Shown piece by piece: positions 32,239-42,980 of a stretch of DNA of 64,000 nucleotides; positions within the stretch are counted from its first letter, which is position 1, and each line of letters starts with the position of its first letter. The stretch covers positions 62,001 to 126,000 of the forward strand of contig NW_013657662.1 in NCBI RefSeq assembly GCF_000142905.1. The letters run 5' to 3'. Source of the DNA: Thecamonas trahens ATCC 50062. Lineage: Eukaryota > Protista > Apusomonadida. The notes under the pieces were generated by a model. It worked only from the letters and a program-made list of their open reading frames with translations, was not told the origin of the DNA and did no database searches. The translations under genes and the position numbers were made by a program.

Positions 32239-33124
32239 TCCAACCTTTCCGCGAGATGAACAACAACGGGCAATGGTGGACGTGGTTGCGGAACGTGTGG
32301 CAGAGGGGATGTGGATGGGGATGGGGGGGGGGGGGGGGGGAGGGAGGTGAGGAGCAACCAAGTGTGGGAGTGGAGTGCTGATGCCGGTGTGCGGAGGTTG
32401 GTGGTGGTGGAGGCCGTGTCAGCGTGGGCGGGGGGTGCCGCTGCCAGCCGTTTGAGAACACTGTTGGAACGGGGCGGGGAAGAAAGAGGGGGGGGGGGGT
32501 AGAAGGAGGGAGAAAGGGGAAGGGAGGGAGAGAGGGAGGGGGAGGAGGCCATCGATACTGCCAAGCGGCCGGAGCCACATCGCATCAATCGTAGCCAACG
32601 ACACTGCTGCACCTGGCTGTACCTTCGAGCTTGGACCGAACATCCTCCATCAAGCAGCCATCACCCTCTCCATCCAAACACACATCCGCCATGCTCCACA
32701 CTTGATCCATACATGATACAACTATCCCACCACAGCAGCTGCTGCATGCTCGCGGCAAATGGCTCCAGGAGGCCATCACTGGGCTCGCGCCAGCGCCAGC
32801 GTCAGCGCCAGCGCCAACTCGAATGCGACCAGAACACCTCACTCAGTCCATGTCGAACCGTACGCAGCCAGAGCCAGCCAACTAGCCAGCCAGCCAGGGA
32901 GGGAGGGAGCAGAAGAGTGAGCCTTGTGAGGGGAGCGAGCAAGGAGTGATGGTCATGGACTCACAGAGTGGGCAAGCGGGTTGCGACGGTGGCCGGTGGC
33001 GACAGGGAGCTCGCTTTTGAGCAGGTTCCGGCGCCTGGGGCGACGCAAGTCGGTGGCTGATGCCAACGAGGACGACGGCGGCAGCGGTGGTGGTGGTGGT
33101 GGTTGTGGAGACTATATTGGAGGC

Positions 33125-36100
33125 ATGGCGAGTGGAGCTGGTGGAAGCGGGGAGGTTACGACGCTGCCTACGCCCATTCCGAGTGCGCGGCTGGACGGGG
33201 GACCGCTGGCCAGGACGGCGAGCTCGCCAGTGCTCGGTGTGGCAGGCAGCGGCGAGGAGGCGATGTTTGCAGACCACGGAGGCGTTCCGCTCATCAATCG
33301 CAATCTAGAGGCCGTGGTCGGCGGGAGCGGAGGTGGGCGTGCTCGCGGGCGGCCGAGGTCCGGCACCATGTCACTGCCCAAGGGCGATCGCAAGATCCTG
33401 CACTCGCTCTCCAAGGCCGTCTCCAAGCTCACCAAGCGAGTCAAGGCCATCGAGACAGCCATCGAAGCACTGGGCACGCCCAAGGACACGGCCACATTCC
33501 GGCGCAAGTTTGTCAAGTTGTGCAAGGAGGCCAACGCGGCGCTGGCCGACGTGCTCCCGCCGCTCTTTGCCGCCATGCCGCCAGGAGCACTCGAGGGCAC
33601 GTCGGCAGACGCCAAGGGTGCGTCGGCGACGCTCGTTCGGACCGGCACTTTTACGTCAAGCTGCGGCGGCGAGTCAACGAGCTGCTGGCTGTCTCATCGG
33701 CACTGGCTGCAGTCGAGGAGCAGTACCGTGAGAAGGAGTCGCTCTTTCTCACCCAGGCGCGGTCGCTGGTCCAGCTGATGGCCTACGACTCGTCGTTCAG
33801 GCCCAATGAGCCCGACGGAACGGCCATGACCGCTGAGTCCATTGAGACCCGCGAGCGGGTTCTCTCTGCTGTCGACGCCGCCGCGCTCCTTACTGCCGAG
33901 AAGCACGACCGCATCGCCAGCCTCCAGCGCGCACTCGCCGGCAGCGTCACGGCGGCAGGCAGCTCGGTGCGGGCCGACTCACCGGTGCCCTCCCGCCGAA
34001 CCAAGGTCCGCAAACGTGTGCGGGTGGGCAAGCATCTAGCGACGCCAGTGGCGGGCGGGAGCTCCGACCACGACAACGACGACTGCAGCCGATCCGGCGA
34101 GTACTCACAAGAGGCGCTGCGGCTCCTGCGCAAGTCGTCGAGCACGATGCTTGAGACGCTCAAGCCGATGCCCATCGGCGACTACGGCGTGTACCAGGGC
34201 CTGCTCAACGACGACGAGCGCCCGCACGGGTTCGGAACACTGCTGTTTCCGAGCCGCGGCACGCTGTACGAGGGGGAGTTTGTCAACGGCCGCCGGGCCG
34301 GCCTTGGCCGCCTCGTCGTGCCGGGCGCGTACGTATTTGAGGGCGTGTTTGCTGGCGATGTGCCGGTGAGCTCGGGCCGGATTGTCTACCCGGACGGCGC
34401 CAGCTACAGCGGCGAGGTGATGGTGAAAGCGTCGCCGGCCGCTGGTGAGCTCTTGCTCGACGACTACGATGTGGAGCGGAGCGGATACGGCGCCATGGAA
34501 TACCTCCGTGAGGGCGTGGTGTACTCGGGCATGTTTGAGGCTGACGCATTGAGCGGGCCGGGCGTGCTCTCGGCGCTGTCAACCGGCGCGTCGCTGGCGG
34601 CCTGCCGCCGGGTGATGGCAGAGGCGTTTGAGGTGGCGGCGCAGGGAAGCTTGGTTGCTGAGGCCATGACGAGGTCGCGGTCAGGCTCGGGTCGGTCACC
34701 GCCTGTCCTTTCGCCGAGCGGGAAGCTAGGCATGAGCCGGGCCGAGCACGACGGCGTAGTGCGAGTCCTGGACTCCTTCCCACGCTTCGGCGTCTTTTAC
34801 GGCACCTTTGCTGCCGGCACGCTCTCCGGACCAGGCGTGCTGCTCTGCCTTGATGGCTCGTGCGTCGAGGCCGTCTTTCGAGACAACGCACTGGTCGGGC
34901 CTGCCGCCTTCAGCTCGCCGCTGGGTCAACGCGTGGCCGGCGAGATCCAGGGAAGCTCAGGGGAGTTGCTTGGGGCCGTGGTGGAGCGGCCGCGGACGGC
35001 AGCCGCGCTGGCAGCCGGCACGTCGGCGGTGGCAGCTGAGCTTGTGCTCGCCAACATGGAGATGTACGAAAAAGCACGGGCCGGTGGGAGCCACATGGTG
35101 ACGTTGCTTGCGCCTGGTAACGAGGCCGAGCAGCTGGCCGGCGCAGGGCCGGCTGGCGAGGGTGCGATGCTTGCGCAGACAGCAGGGCAAAGCGGGTTCG
35201 TGGACTCGCTGCGAAGTGCGCTGTGCGCTCCGCTTGATCCGCGACGTGCATGGGAGAGCGAGCGGTTGGGCAAGCTGCGGCGGCAGGTCGGGTCGAGCTC
35301 GTCCAAGTGGTGGGGCCTTGTCGAGGCGCACCTGCCAGGGACGCTGGACCGACTGGCGATGGCGATGGCGCCGTTTATCTCGTCGCCGTCGCTCGGGTTT
35401 GGCGATCGGGTGCGGTCGCTGCTGACCTCGCTCTCGCTCTCGCCGCTGGCCTCGCTTGTGCGTGCGTTTGTTGACATCTATAACCTGCTCTATGGCTCGT
35501 TCTCCGCGGCACGGGCGGTGAGCATGCCCAAGGGCTCGTCGGGCGCGATACGGGCGCGGGCGGCGGTGGCCAACGCCATCGACGACCTCGCGTCGTTCCG
35601 ACTTTTGCTCCGGCTGACGGTGCTCGAGGTGCTGTGGATGTCGGCGCACGGGTTCGAGGTTCCCGAGGCGCCGGGCGTCGGGGTCGGGTCGGCGGCGGCG
35701 CGTGGGACGCCCGACTCGTTCGACATGCCGCCCGGATGGGAGGTGCTCTCTCTCGACGTACTCGACACGGTCCTGTTTGAGCGGACGTGGCAAGTGCTCT
35801 CCGAGCTGCTGAGAGCGCGGTGTTTTGCCGCCAACCACGCGCTGGCGTCCAAAATTGCCGGCTTTGCACGCGTCTCGCTCCGCGACCTCGGCGTGAAGGA
35901 CGAGCTGCTGCTGGATGCCGATGCCCGCGTTCGCGGCGGCGTGACCGACTCGTTGCCGCCTGTCATCTCGTCGATGTCATCGGTTGGCGGACTCACCTCA
36001 GAGTATGTGTACGACCAGAGCGAAGACGACGACCAAGTGCCCGACAGTGGCGACGCAGGAACCGATGTTGCCGAGACGGGGGCTCGCGGTGACGACGGCG

Positions 36101-37251
36101 ACGACGGCGACGACGGCAATGATGAGGATGATGCTGAGGTCGACGAAGAAGATGACGTCGACGACGAGGACGGATACGAGGCTGGGGTGGTGATGACGAC
36201 CGATGACGAGCCCGGTGGCGGCGTCTTTGAGTTTGACGAAGGCTTAACGTCGCCTCGGGTGGCGGTGGGCAGCGGCGAGGCAGCCCAGCGGTCACCACGC
36301 GGCGGGGTGCGATCAGGCGGCGGGTCGTCGTCGTCGATCTTTGCCGCCTTTGATGCCGTCGACTCGCCCGACTTTGCGCACGTCGACTTTTTCGATGCCG
36401 ACGAGACGTGCGAGACCGGCGACGAGACCGACGATGCAGGCATCTTGCTTCGAGTGCCTGTCAGCCGGCAAGTGGTGGCAAAAGAGAGCACCACGCTGAG
36501 CGATCCGTACCACGCAGCGATTGCGTGCATGGAGCGGGTGGCGCACGAGGTCTCGCCGCGGAGCAAGCTGGCGGCCCTGATGGGCGGCTCGGAGGCTGTT
36601 GTTAGTGCGGTGCAGGCAGCCAAGGAGCGAAGCGGGAGCGCATCGTGCGCGGTGGCGCTCGGAGCGGAGGACATGTTCCCGATCCTGGTGTACACCATGG
36701 TCAAGGCGCGAATGGAGGAGGTTGCGTCGTGCATCGAGCTGCTCAAGCTCTTTGTGTGTGAGGAGTTTGAAGGCGAGGAGGCGTGCTACCGGGTGGCGTC
36801 GCTCGAGTCTGCGGCCAACTTTCTGGGCTCGCTCGACCCGCGAGTGCGCGACAGCGGTGGTGCGCTGCTTCCACCGTCGGTCCTCGAGTCAAACATGGTG
36901 TTTGCCATGTACAGCGGCGTGACGCGCAGCAGCGACGGCGCCGTGGAGCGGCGCAGCGGGCAGGTCGGCGGTGTCAGCTGGGTCGTTGACCTCCTGCAGA
37001 CGATCGGCTACGCGCCACACCTCGACTACCACTACGACGACATCCTGTTCCGCCCGCAGTGGCGCGACGAGGTGCTTGAGTTCCCAGACATGGCTTCCTC
37101 GCTCCTGGACGCGGCCGGCCTCGAGCTGGTGGGCAGCGAGGACGGAGGCGGCGACGGCCTGCTCCGCATCCGGTTTGTCCGGCGGTATCCGCTCTCGGTC
37201 TACGTCCTGCTCGCCGACGCACTCGCTGCCGAGAGCTGGAAGGATGAATAA
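33125..37251 (+). CDS. MORN-repeat and VPS9-domain (alsin-like Rab5 GEF) protein with an N-terminal syntaxin-N-like helical region; frameshift at 33649-33652
   Basis: MORN repeats (YEGEFVNGRRAGLG, YSGMFEADALSGPG and others). VPS9 motifs SPRSKL...LGAEDMFPILVY...YRVASLESAANFL. N-terminal ALGTPKDTATFRRK. Confidence 0.75.
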
Positions 37252-37310
37252 AGAGGTAAGCGTGTGGCAGGAGAGGAGTGGCAAGCTGGCTTCGCCGTCT
37301 GTTGCGCGGT

Positions 37311-37838
37311 TCACATGGTCTGCGCTGCCGCCCGCGAGGCGAGGAGCAGAAAGTCTGCGCGGGTGATCCGGCCGTCGTCGTCGAGATCAGCCTCGGCAAA
37401 GACGTCGTCCAGCGAAATGAACGGAGCACCGACGGCCGAGCCCGGTGCATCGGCGGTGACAAGCTCCAGCAGGGTGGAGACACCGAGCGCGTCGAGCGCA
37501 GCCTGGCAGTTCTCCTTGGTCAGGTAGCCAAGGCCCGATGCAGACGCCAGGGCGTCAAAGGCATCAGCGGCGCGAGCAGAGACATCCATTCTCGCCATCT
37601 TGTCAGACATGTAGCTCACAAAGGTATCCTCGCTCACCGTCGCACTCTGCAGCTCTCCAGCCGGTGCATCCAGCGGGAGGCCGAGGACGACAGCGACGTC
37701 GACCCGCGACGGCTCATAGCCAAGGACCGCCGTCATGGCCAGGCAGACGCCGTCTCGCCCCAGCCTCCCACGCCCGCTCTTGTCAAACGCACGAAACGCA
37801 TGCCGGATGTGCTCCCGGGTCTGCCGCTCGCTCGCCAT
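37311..37838 (-). CDS. EF-hand calcium-binding protein, EFCAB11-like
   Basis: AFRAFDKSGRGRL...AMTAVLGYEPSRVDV, AFDALAS...GYLT and FAEADLDDDGRITRADF. Confidence 0.7.
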   Translation of the reverse strand: MASERQTREHIRHAFRAFDKSGRGRLGRDGVCLAMTAVLGYEPSRVDVAVVLGLPLDAPAGELQSATVSEDTFVSYMSDKMARMDVSARAADAFDALASASGLGYLTKENCQAALDALGVSTLLELVTADAPGSAVGAPFISLDDVFAEADLDDDGRITRADFLLLASRAAAQTM

Positions 37839-38954
37839 GACCAACCTTGCGTCGTTGGTGTTGTGATTGCTGTCGGTCGCTGCGTGTGGCGCCAAAGGTG
37901 TGCGAAACCACAGAATGGCGGAGTCGGGTGGTTGGGGGAGAGGAGGAGCGGTGGACGCGGGAGGAGGGGAGAGAATGGCCTGTAAAGGGAGAAGTCAGCG
38001 GTTGTTGATGATGTGGGGATGGCGTTGGGAGGATCAAGGAGAAGGAGATGCTGGTCGCGAGAAGAGGTCGGCAGGGATCGGGGCTGTTTCATGATGGCGG
38101 CAGGGTGAAGAGTTCGATGAGCGATGGTCATCGAGAGAAGCCAGCGATTTCGTTGAGACAATGCAACGCAGAAGATGGGGGATCATAGACGCGTGTAGTG
38201 TGGTGTATGGTAAGCAATGGGGAGCATGTGCCGGCAGAATGGCGTGTGATGTTTGTTGAGCTGGCGACGATGAAAAATCACTGATCAATGGCGGGTGCTG
38301 TTGTAGACACAAGGCGTCGCTGTAGCCGGCGACAAAACGCTCATCGTCACCGTAAGCGACGCCATCAACGAGGCACCCCAATCTGTGCATGTGTCTGTTA
38401 TTGGTGCTCCCTCATATAGTGTGGCCGATCATCATGGTGTGATTGATGGATGACGTGCATGAATGATAGGTAGGCCCAGTTGGAGGAAGGCGGGGTCACA
38501 AGGCGACAAGCCGGGCTGTTTTGATGGGGGGGGAACATGCAATGGCTTGACCCGACAACAGATCACAAGCGATGAGGCCAGGCGATGAGCGGGCTGACCT
38601 TCTTGACTTGTTGCATGGGTTGCGCGGGCTACACGGGGTATACGGGCTGTGTGGGATGGACAGATCCGTGCAGGATGTGCCAGGGGGGGGAGGGGGGGGG
38701 GGGGGGCTGTGCGACTCGTCGCTCTTGTGCGACTCGGCGTGTCTGCGGGCCGTTTCATGGGTGAGTGGCGGCAGTTTTTGTTGGCAATTTGGGGAACAAG
38801 GTATCATTAATTTCGCTGACGACAGGCAACATTCGACTCTGACCGGACTCCGGCCTTTGTCATCCGGCATCAGCGCACGTTGCTGCTACCGAGGGCAAGA
38901 GGCGGGCGTGAGGGAAGCGACCGAACGTGAGGAGCATAACCAAGAGAGAGCAGC

Positions 38955-40739
38955 ATGTCGACACATCGGCCGCATGCAGCAGACACAAGCGTGGCCACGC
39001 GTAAGCGGAAGGGACTCGGCTCTGACGCCGCCCTTCCGCGCCGCAAGTACGCGCGAACTTTTGACGACGGCCGACCTGGTGTGAGCCGCGTCCACCTGCC
39101 GACGGCGCCCACGGGCGGTACGGCGGGCATGACGGGCATGCCTATGGCGAGCGGCTCGTCTGGTGCTGGGCCTTCGGGCTCGGGCTCGGCTACGTCGACC
39201 TCGGCCTCATCCGCTCCCTTGGGCGGAGCGGTGGCGAGCGCAGCTGGCTCGGCGGCAAAGGGTACACTCGCCACGTCGGCGCGGTCACAGGCAGGCGCGG
39301 CTGGGAGTGGGAAGCGGGAAGCTGGGGCGCTGTACGCGCTGACAGGCAAGGATGTACTGGCGTTGCCAAAGGCGGACCAGGTGCTCTACGCGACACGGTA
39401 CGGGCTGCTTGTGGGCGACCGACCGGTCATTCCGTCCTCGTTTGTACCGCCGGGCGCGAGGTCGGCCCAGTGGCGGCCCGCAGGCGGGAGCGGGACAAGC
39501 AAGTCAAGCAAGAGCAGCGGAGCGCACAAGAGCGCAGCGAGCGGGACCAAGAAGGCTTCGCGGCATGGCGGGAGCAGCAGCTCGCGGGCGCCCAAGGAGC
39601 CGCGGCCGTCGTGCGATGACGAGAACGGACACTTTATCGTGCGGCTGGGCTCAAACATCACGTCGCGGTACAAAATCCAGGCGCTGCTCGGTGAGGGCAC
39701 GTTTGGCAAAGTGGTTGAGGCGTGGGACAACAAGCGGCGGCAGTGGGTGGCCATCAAGATCATTCGCAACATCCCCAAGTACCGCAAGGCGGCAGAAATT
39801 GAGATGAACATTCTGGACGACGTCGAGCAGCGTGAGGCCAAGAACGGTGACTCGGGGTGCATTCATCTCCGCGGGTACTTTGACTACCGCAACCATGTGT
39901 GCATGGTGTTCAAGCGGTACGGGCTCTCGGTCTTTGACTTTATGAAGGAGAACAAGTACCGTGGCTTCCGCTACAACCACACCATCGACCTGGCGTACCA
40001 GCTCATCTACTCGGTGGCGTACCTCCACGACATGGATCTCATCCACACCGACCTCAAGCCGGAGAACATCCTGTTTGCCAACTCGGACACACTACCGACG
40101 TACGACCACACCGGGCGCGAGCGCTCGTACCGGCTCCCGGCCTCGACCGCCATCAAGCTCATCGACTTTGGCTCGGCCACGTACGAGCACGACTACCACT
40201 CATCGGTTGTCTCGACCCGCCACTACCGCGCACCCGAGGTCATTCTCGGCCTCGGCTGGTCGTTCCCCTGCGACATCTGGTCCGTCGGCTGCATCCTCAT
40301 CGAGCTCCTCACCGGCGAGGCCGTCTTCCAGACCCACGACAACGTCGAGCACCTCGCCATGATGGAGCGCCTGCTCGGCGCCATCCCGCCGTCGATGGCC
40401 CGCAACGCAGACTCGCACGCGCAAAAGTACTTTGACGCCTCCGGCAAGCTCCGCTGGCCCGAGCTTGCCCAGTCCAAGTCCTCGCTCCGCCACGTCGAGC
40501 AGATCACCCCCATCGACCTCATGTTCTCCTCCGAGAAGCGCCTCCTCGTCGACCTGGTCAAGAAGATGCTTCGCTTTGAGCCTGGAGAGCGCATAACCGC
40601 CCGCCACGCGCTCCGCCACGAGCTGTTCAACAAGGTCCGCGAGCGCATCATCGCCTACGAGAAGCAGCAGCGGAGCAAGGCCGCGAGGCCCGAGGCCGCG
40701 GCCGCGGCTGCCCGCCCAACCACGGCCCCGTCACAGTAG
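38955..40739 (+). CDS. CLK: CLK/LAMMER dual-specificity protein kinase
   Basis: DDENGHF, LLGEGTFGKV, HTDLKPENIL, LIDFGSAT, VSTRHYRAPEVILGLGW and EHLAMMERLLG. Confidence 0.95.
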   Translation: MSTHRPHAADTSVATRKRKGLGSDAALPRRKYARTFDDGRPGVSRVHLPTAPTGGTAGMTGMPMASGSSGAGPSGSGSATSTSASSAPLGGAVASAAGSAAKGTLATSARSQAGAAGSGKREAGALYALTGKDVLALPKADQVLYATRYGLLVGDRPVIPSSFVPPGARSAQWRPAGGSGTSKSSKSSGAHKSAASGTKKASRHGGSSSSRAPKEPRPSCDDENGHFIVRLGSNITSRYKIQALLGEGTFGKVVEAWDNKRRQWVAIKIIRNIPKYRKAAEIEMNILDDVEQREAKNGDSGCIHLRGYFDYRNHVCMVFKRYGLSVFDFMKENKYRGFRYNHTIDLAYQLIYSVAYLHDMDLIHTDLKPENILFANSDTLPTYDHTGRERSYRLPASTAIKLIDFGSATYEHDYHSSVVSTRHYRAPEVILGLGWSFPCDIWSVGCILIELLTGEAVFQTHDNVEHLAMMERLLGAIPPSMARNADSHAQKYFDASGKLRWPELAQSKSSLRHVEQITPIDLMFSSEKRLLVDLVKKMLRFEPGERITARHALRHELFNKVRERIIAYEKQQRSKAARPEAAAAAARPTTAPSQ

Positions 40740-40780
40740 CCAGCCGCCCTCACCCTGTAGCGAGGCAGAGGCAATGTTCA

Positions 40781-42307
40781 TTACATCATGGTACATCCCT
40801 TCTTGGCTTTCTGTGTGCCGGCGGCGGGTGAGGGCGGCTGTGGCTGCGACTGGGGAGGCTGCGGCTGAGCCGGTTGCGACTGCCGGGCACGTGCCTGCTG
40901 CCTGCGACGGGCGTCGTCGTGGCGGCGGTCGCGCGCGTCATGCGCGCGCGCGTTGCGTTCTTCCTCGGCTTGCAGCTGGCGGGCGAGGAGGAGATCGGCA
41001 TCGTGCACTGCAGGGACTGGCGCGGCGGGAGCCGCACTGGCGCCGTACGGACGGAGCGCACCGGTGTAGAACCCGTCGTCGCCGTCGATCGACGCGAGCT
41101 TCTCCCACACCACATCGTCGTAGTCGGCGTAGCCGACGTCGGTGATCAGGGCGTAGAGGCCCGACTCGTCGCGGAGGATGGTGGAAAAGTGGTTGTTACG
41201 GTAGAGGACCGCCAGCGAGTTGATGCCAAGGTGGCGATGAAGCTCGGCGAGCCCGTAGTACGTCAGCTGGCCTGCAGTGCTAGCCAACCACTCTTGAGCC
41301 ACTGCGCGCTCCAAGCCCGCCTTGCTTGCGGCGTCTGTATCGCCTGACCCAGCAGCATCTTGGTTGCCATCGCCCGCGTCAGCCGCAGACGGTTCGGCGC
41401 GCGCGTCAGGCGTGGAGATGGAGATTGTTCCCTCACCACCAGAGTCGGCGGAATGCGAACTATCATGGCTCGAGTCAGCGGTCGCAGCGTCTCCACCGTG
41501 GCCCGGGTCAGCGGCCGCAGCGTTTCCACCGTGGCCCGGGTCAGTCGCAGTGTCTGCTCCACCATGGCCCGACTCCCCCGCGGCATCTGCCCCACCGTCA
41601 CCCGAGTCAGCGACCACAGCTTCTCCACCGTGGCCCGACTCCCCCGCGGCATCTGCCCCACCGTCACCCGAGTCAGCGACCACAGCTTCTCCACCGTGGC
41701 CCGACTCCCCCGCGGCATCTGCCCCACCGTCACCCGAGTCAGCGACCACAGCTTCTCCACCGTGGCCCGACTCCCCCGCTGCAGTCGACACAGGGACGGG
41801 CGCCGCACCAACGATGAGGTCGACGAGCTGATTGTAGGAGCGATGGGCAACAACAGCACGAGTGGCATCGTCCTGCGGATCTACCACCCAGCCATGGACC
41901 AGCTCGACGCCAAAAAGATCAAACAAAACCAAGTTAGCGGTGTACTCATGCTGATCAACACCACCAAAGCGGAGATTGACATCGAGACCGACAGCGAGCG
42001 TCGGCAGCGAGTCGATGGCCTCATCCACCAGCTTCTGGACCCGAGCATCATCCCCATCATGACCAGCAAGTCGGCGAGCAGCAACCCGATCCAGAACAGC
42101 AGTTGCCAGCAGAGTGACGAGATCAGCAAAGGAGACGATGCCCGTGCCGTCTGGAGAGAGAACAAGGTGACCACGGAGACAAAGGACATTGACCAGAGCA
42201 AGGAGCGGGCATGGGCCATTCTCGCCCTGCAGGACAATGACCACAGGCTCGGGCTGGACGCCCCATACCACCTTCTTGGTTCGGTAGTACGCCTCGGTCT
42301 CTGCCAT
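40781..42307 (-). CDS. MINDY-1/2 (FAM63) family deubiquitinase with MIU motif and CaaX
   Basis: LQGENGPCPLLALVNVL, GLDVN, LVHGWVVDPQ, QLTYYGL, YRNNHFSTI, LITDVGY and VVWEKL..IDGD. MIU motif DADLLLARQLQAEE; ends KKGCTMM. Confidence 0.9.
   Translation of the reverse strand: MAETEAYYRTKKVVWGVQPEPVVIVLQGENGPCPLLALVNVLCLRGHLVLSPDGTGIVSFADLVTLLATAVLDRVAARRLAGHDGDDARVQKLVDEAIDSLPTLAVGLDVNLRFGGVDQHEYTANLVLFDLFGVELVHGWVVDPQDDATRAVVAHRSYNQLVDLIVGAAPVPVSTAAGESGHGGEAVVADSGDGGADAAGESGHGGEAVVADSGDGGADAAGESGHGGEAVVADSGDGGADAAGESGHGGADTATDPGHGGNAAAADPGHGGDAATADSSHDSSHSADSGGEGTISISTPDARAEPSAADAGDGNQDAAGSGDTDAASKAGLERAVAQEWLASTAGQLTYYGLAELHRHLGINSLAVLYRNNHFSTILRDESGLYALITDVGYADYDDVVWEKLASIDGDDGFYTGALRPYGASAAPAAPVPAVHDADLLLARQLQAEEERNARAHDARDRRHDDARRRQQARARQSQPAQPQPPQSQPQPPSPAAGTQKAKKGCTMM
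41468..41779. repeat. Coding tandem repeat: 66-bp unit x~3 plus degenerate 33-bp half-units (AGESGHGGEAVVADSGDGGADA)
   Basis: GACTCCCCC recurs at 41571, 41637, 41703 and 41769. Confidence 0.9.
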
Positions 42308-42880
42308 CTCCCTCCTCCCTAGAGTCTGGTCTGTCACTGTCTCGTTGCCCCCCCCCTCCCCCCCTCCCCCCCTCCCCCTCCCCGTGCCGCCTGCTGACCA
42401 AGTCTTCCATGCCACATGACGGATGCCGGCATCACGGGACGGGCGAGAGAGTGAATGACATCGGGGTTGATCAAGGGAGGGCCACCATCCCATACATCAT
42501 GCTCTGGTTTGATCTGTGTATGGCACCCCATCACACCATCCGATCCCCATCCCCATCCCCCTTCGGGAAGGTCCTCCTCGGCTCGACTGGCTAGCACGGC
42601 GAGTGTGATTCAATGCCTTCTTCAGCTCGGTCAACGCCTAATGAGTCACTTTGGAGGCCATGGACCAGCCGTACTGGTGACGAGCTCGGTGAGTTGGAAT
42701 GGCACGACCAGGTCTCGTCGCCAAGCGTCTTGACCACAACTGGCTCTGAAAATGAGTGCATGGACAACGCCAGGGCGCAAGAAGCACTCACAGTGATGGA
42801 GGCACGGACACAAGATGGAGATGAACGACGATATGCAGAAGCTAGACTCAACTCTCAACGGCGATGCAATATTGAGAGGA

Positions 42881-42980
42881 NNNNNNNNNNNNNNNNNNNN
42901 NNNNNNNNNNNNNNNNNNNNNNNNNNNNNNNNNNNNNNNNNNNNNNNNNNNNNNNNNNNNNNNNNNNNNNNNNNNNNNNN
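42881..42980. other. Assembly gap (100 N)
   Basis: Run of N. Confidence 1.

Noticed and set aside
33103-33648. N-terminus of the 1382-aa ORF (MWRLYWRHG...)
   Set aside because: It is an off-frame read. The overlapping 32981-33778 frame is the protein-like one up to the frameshift.
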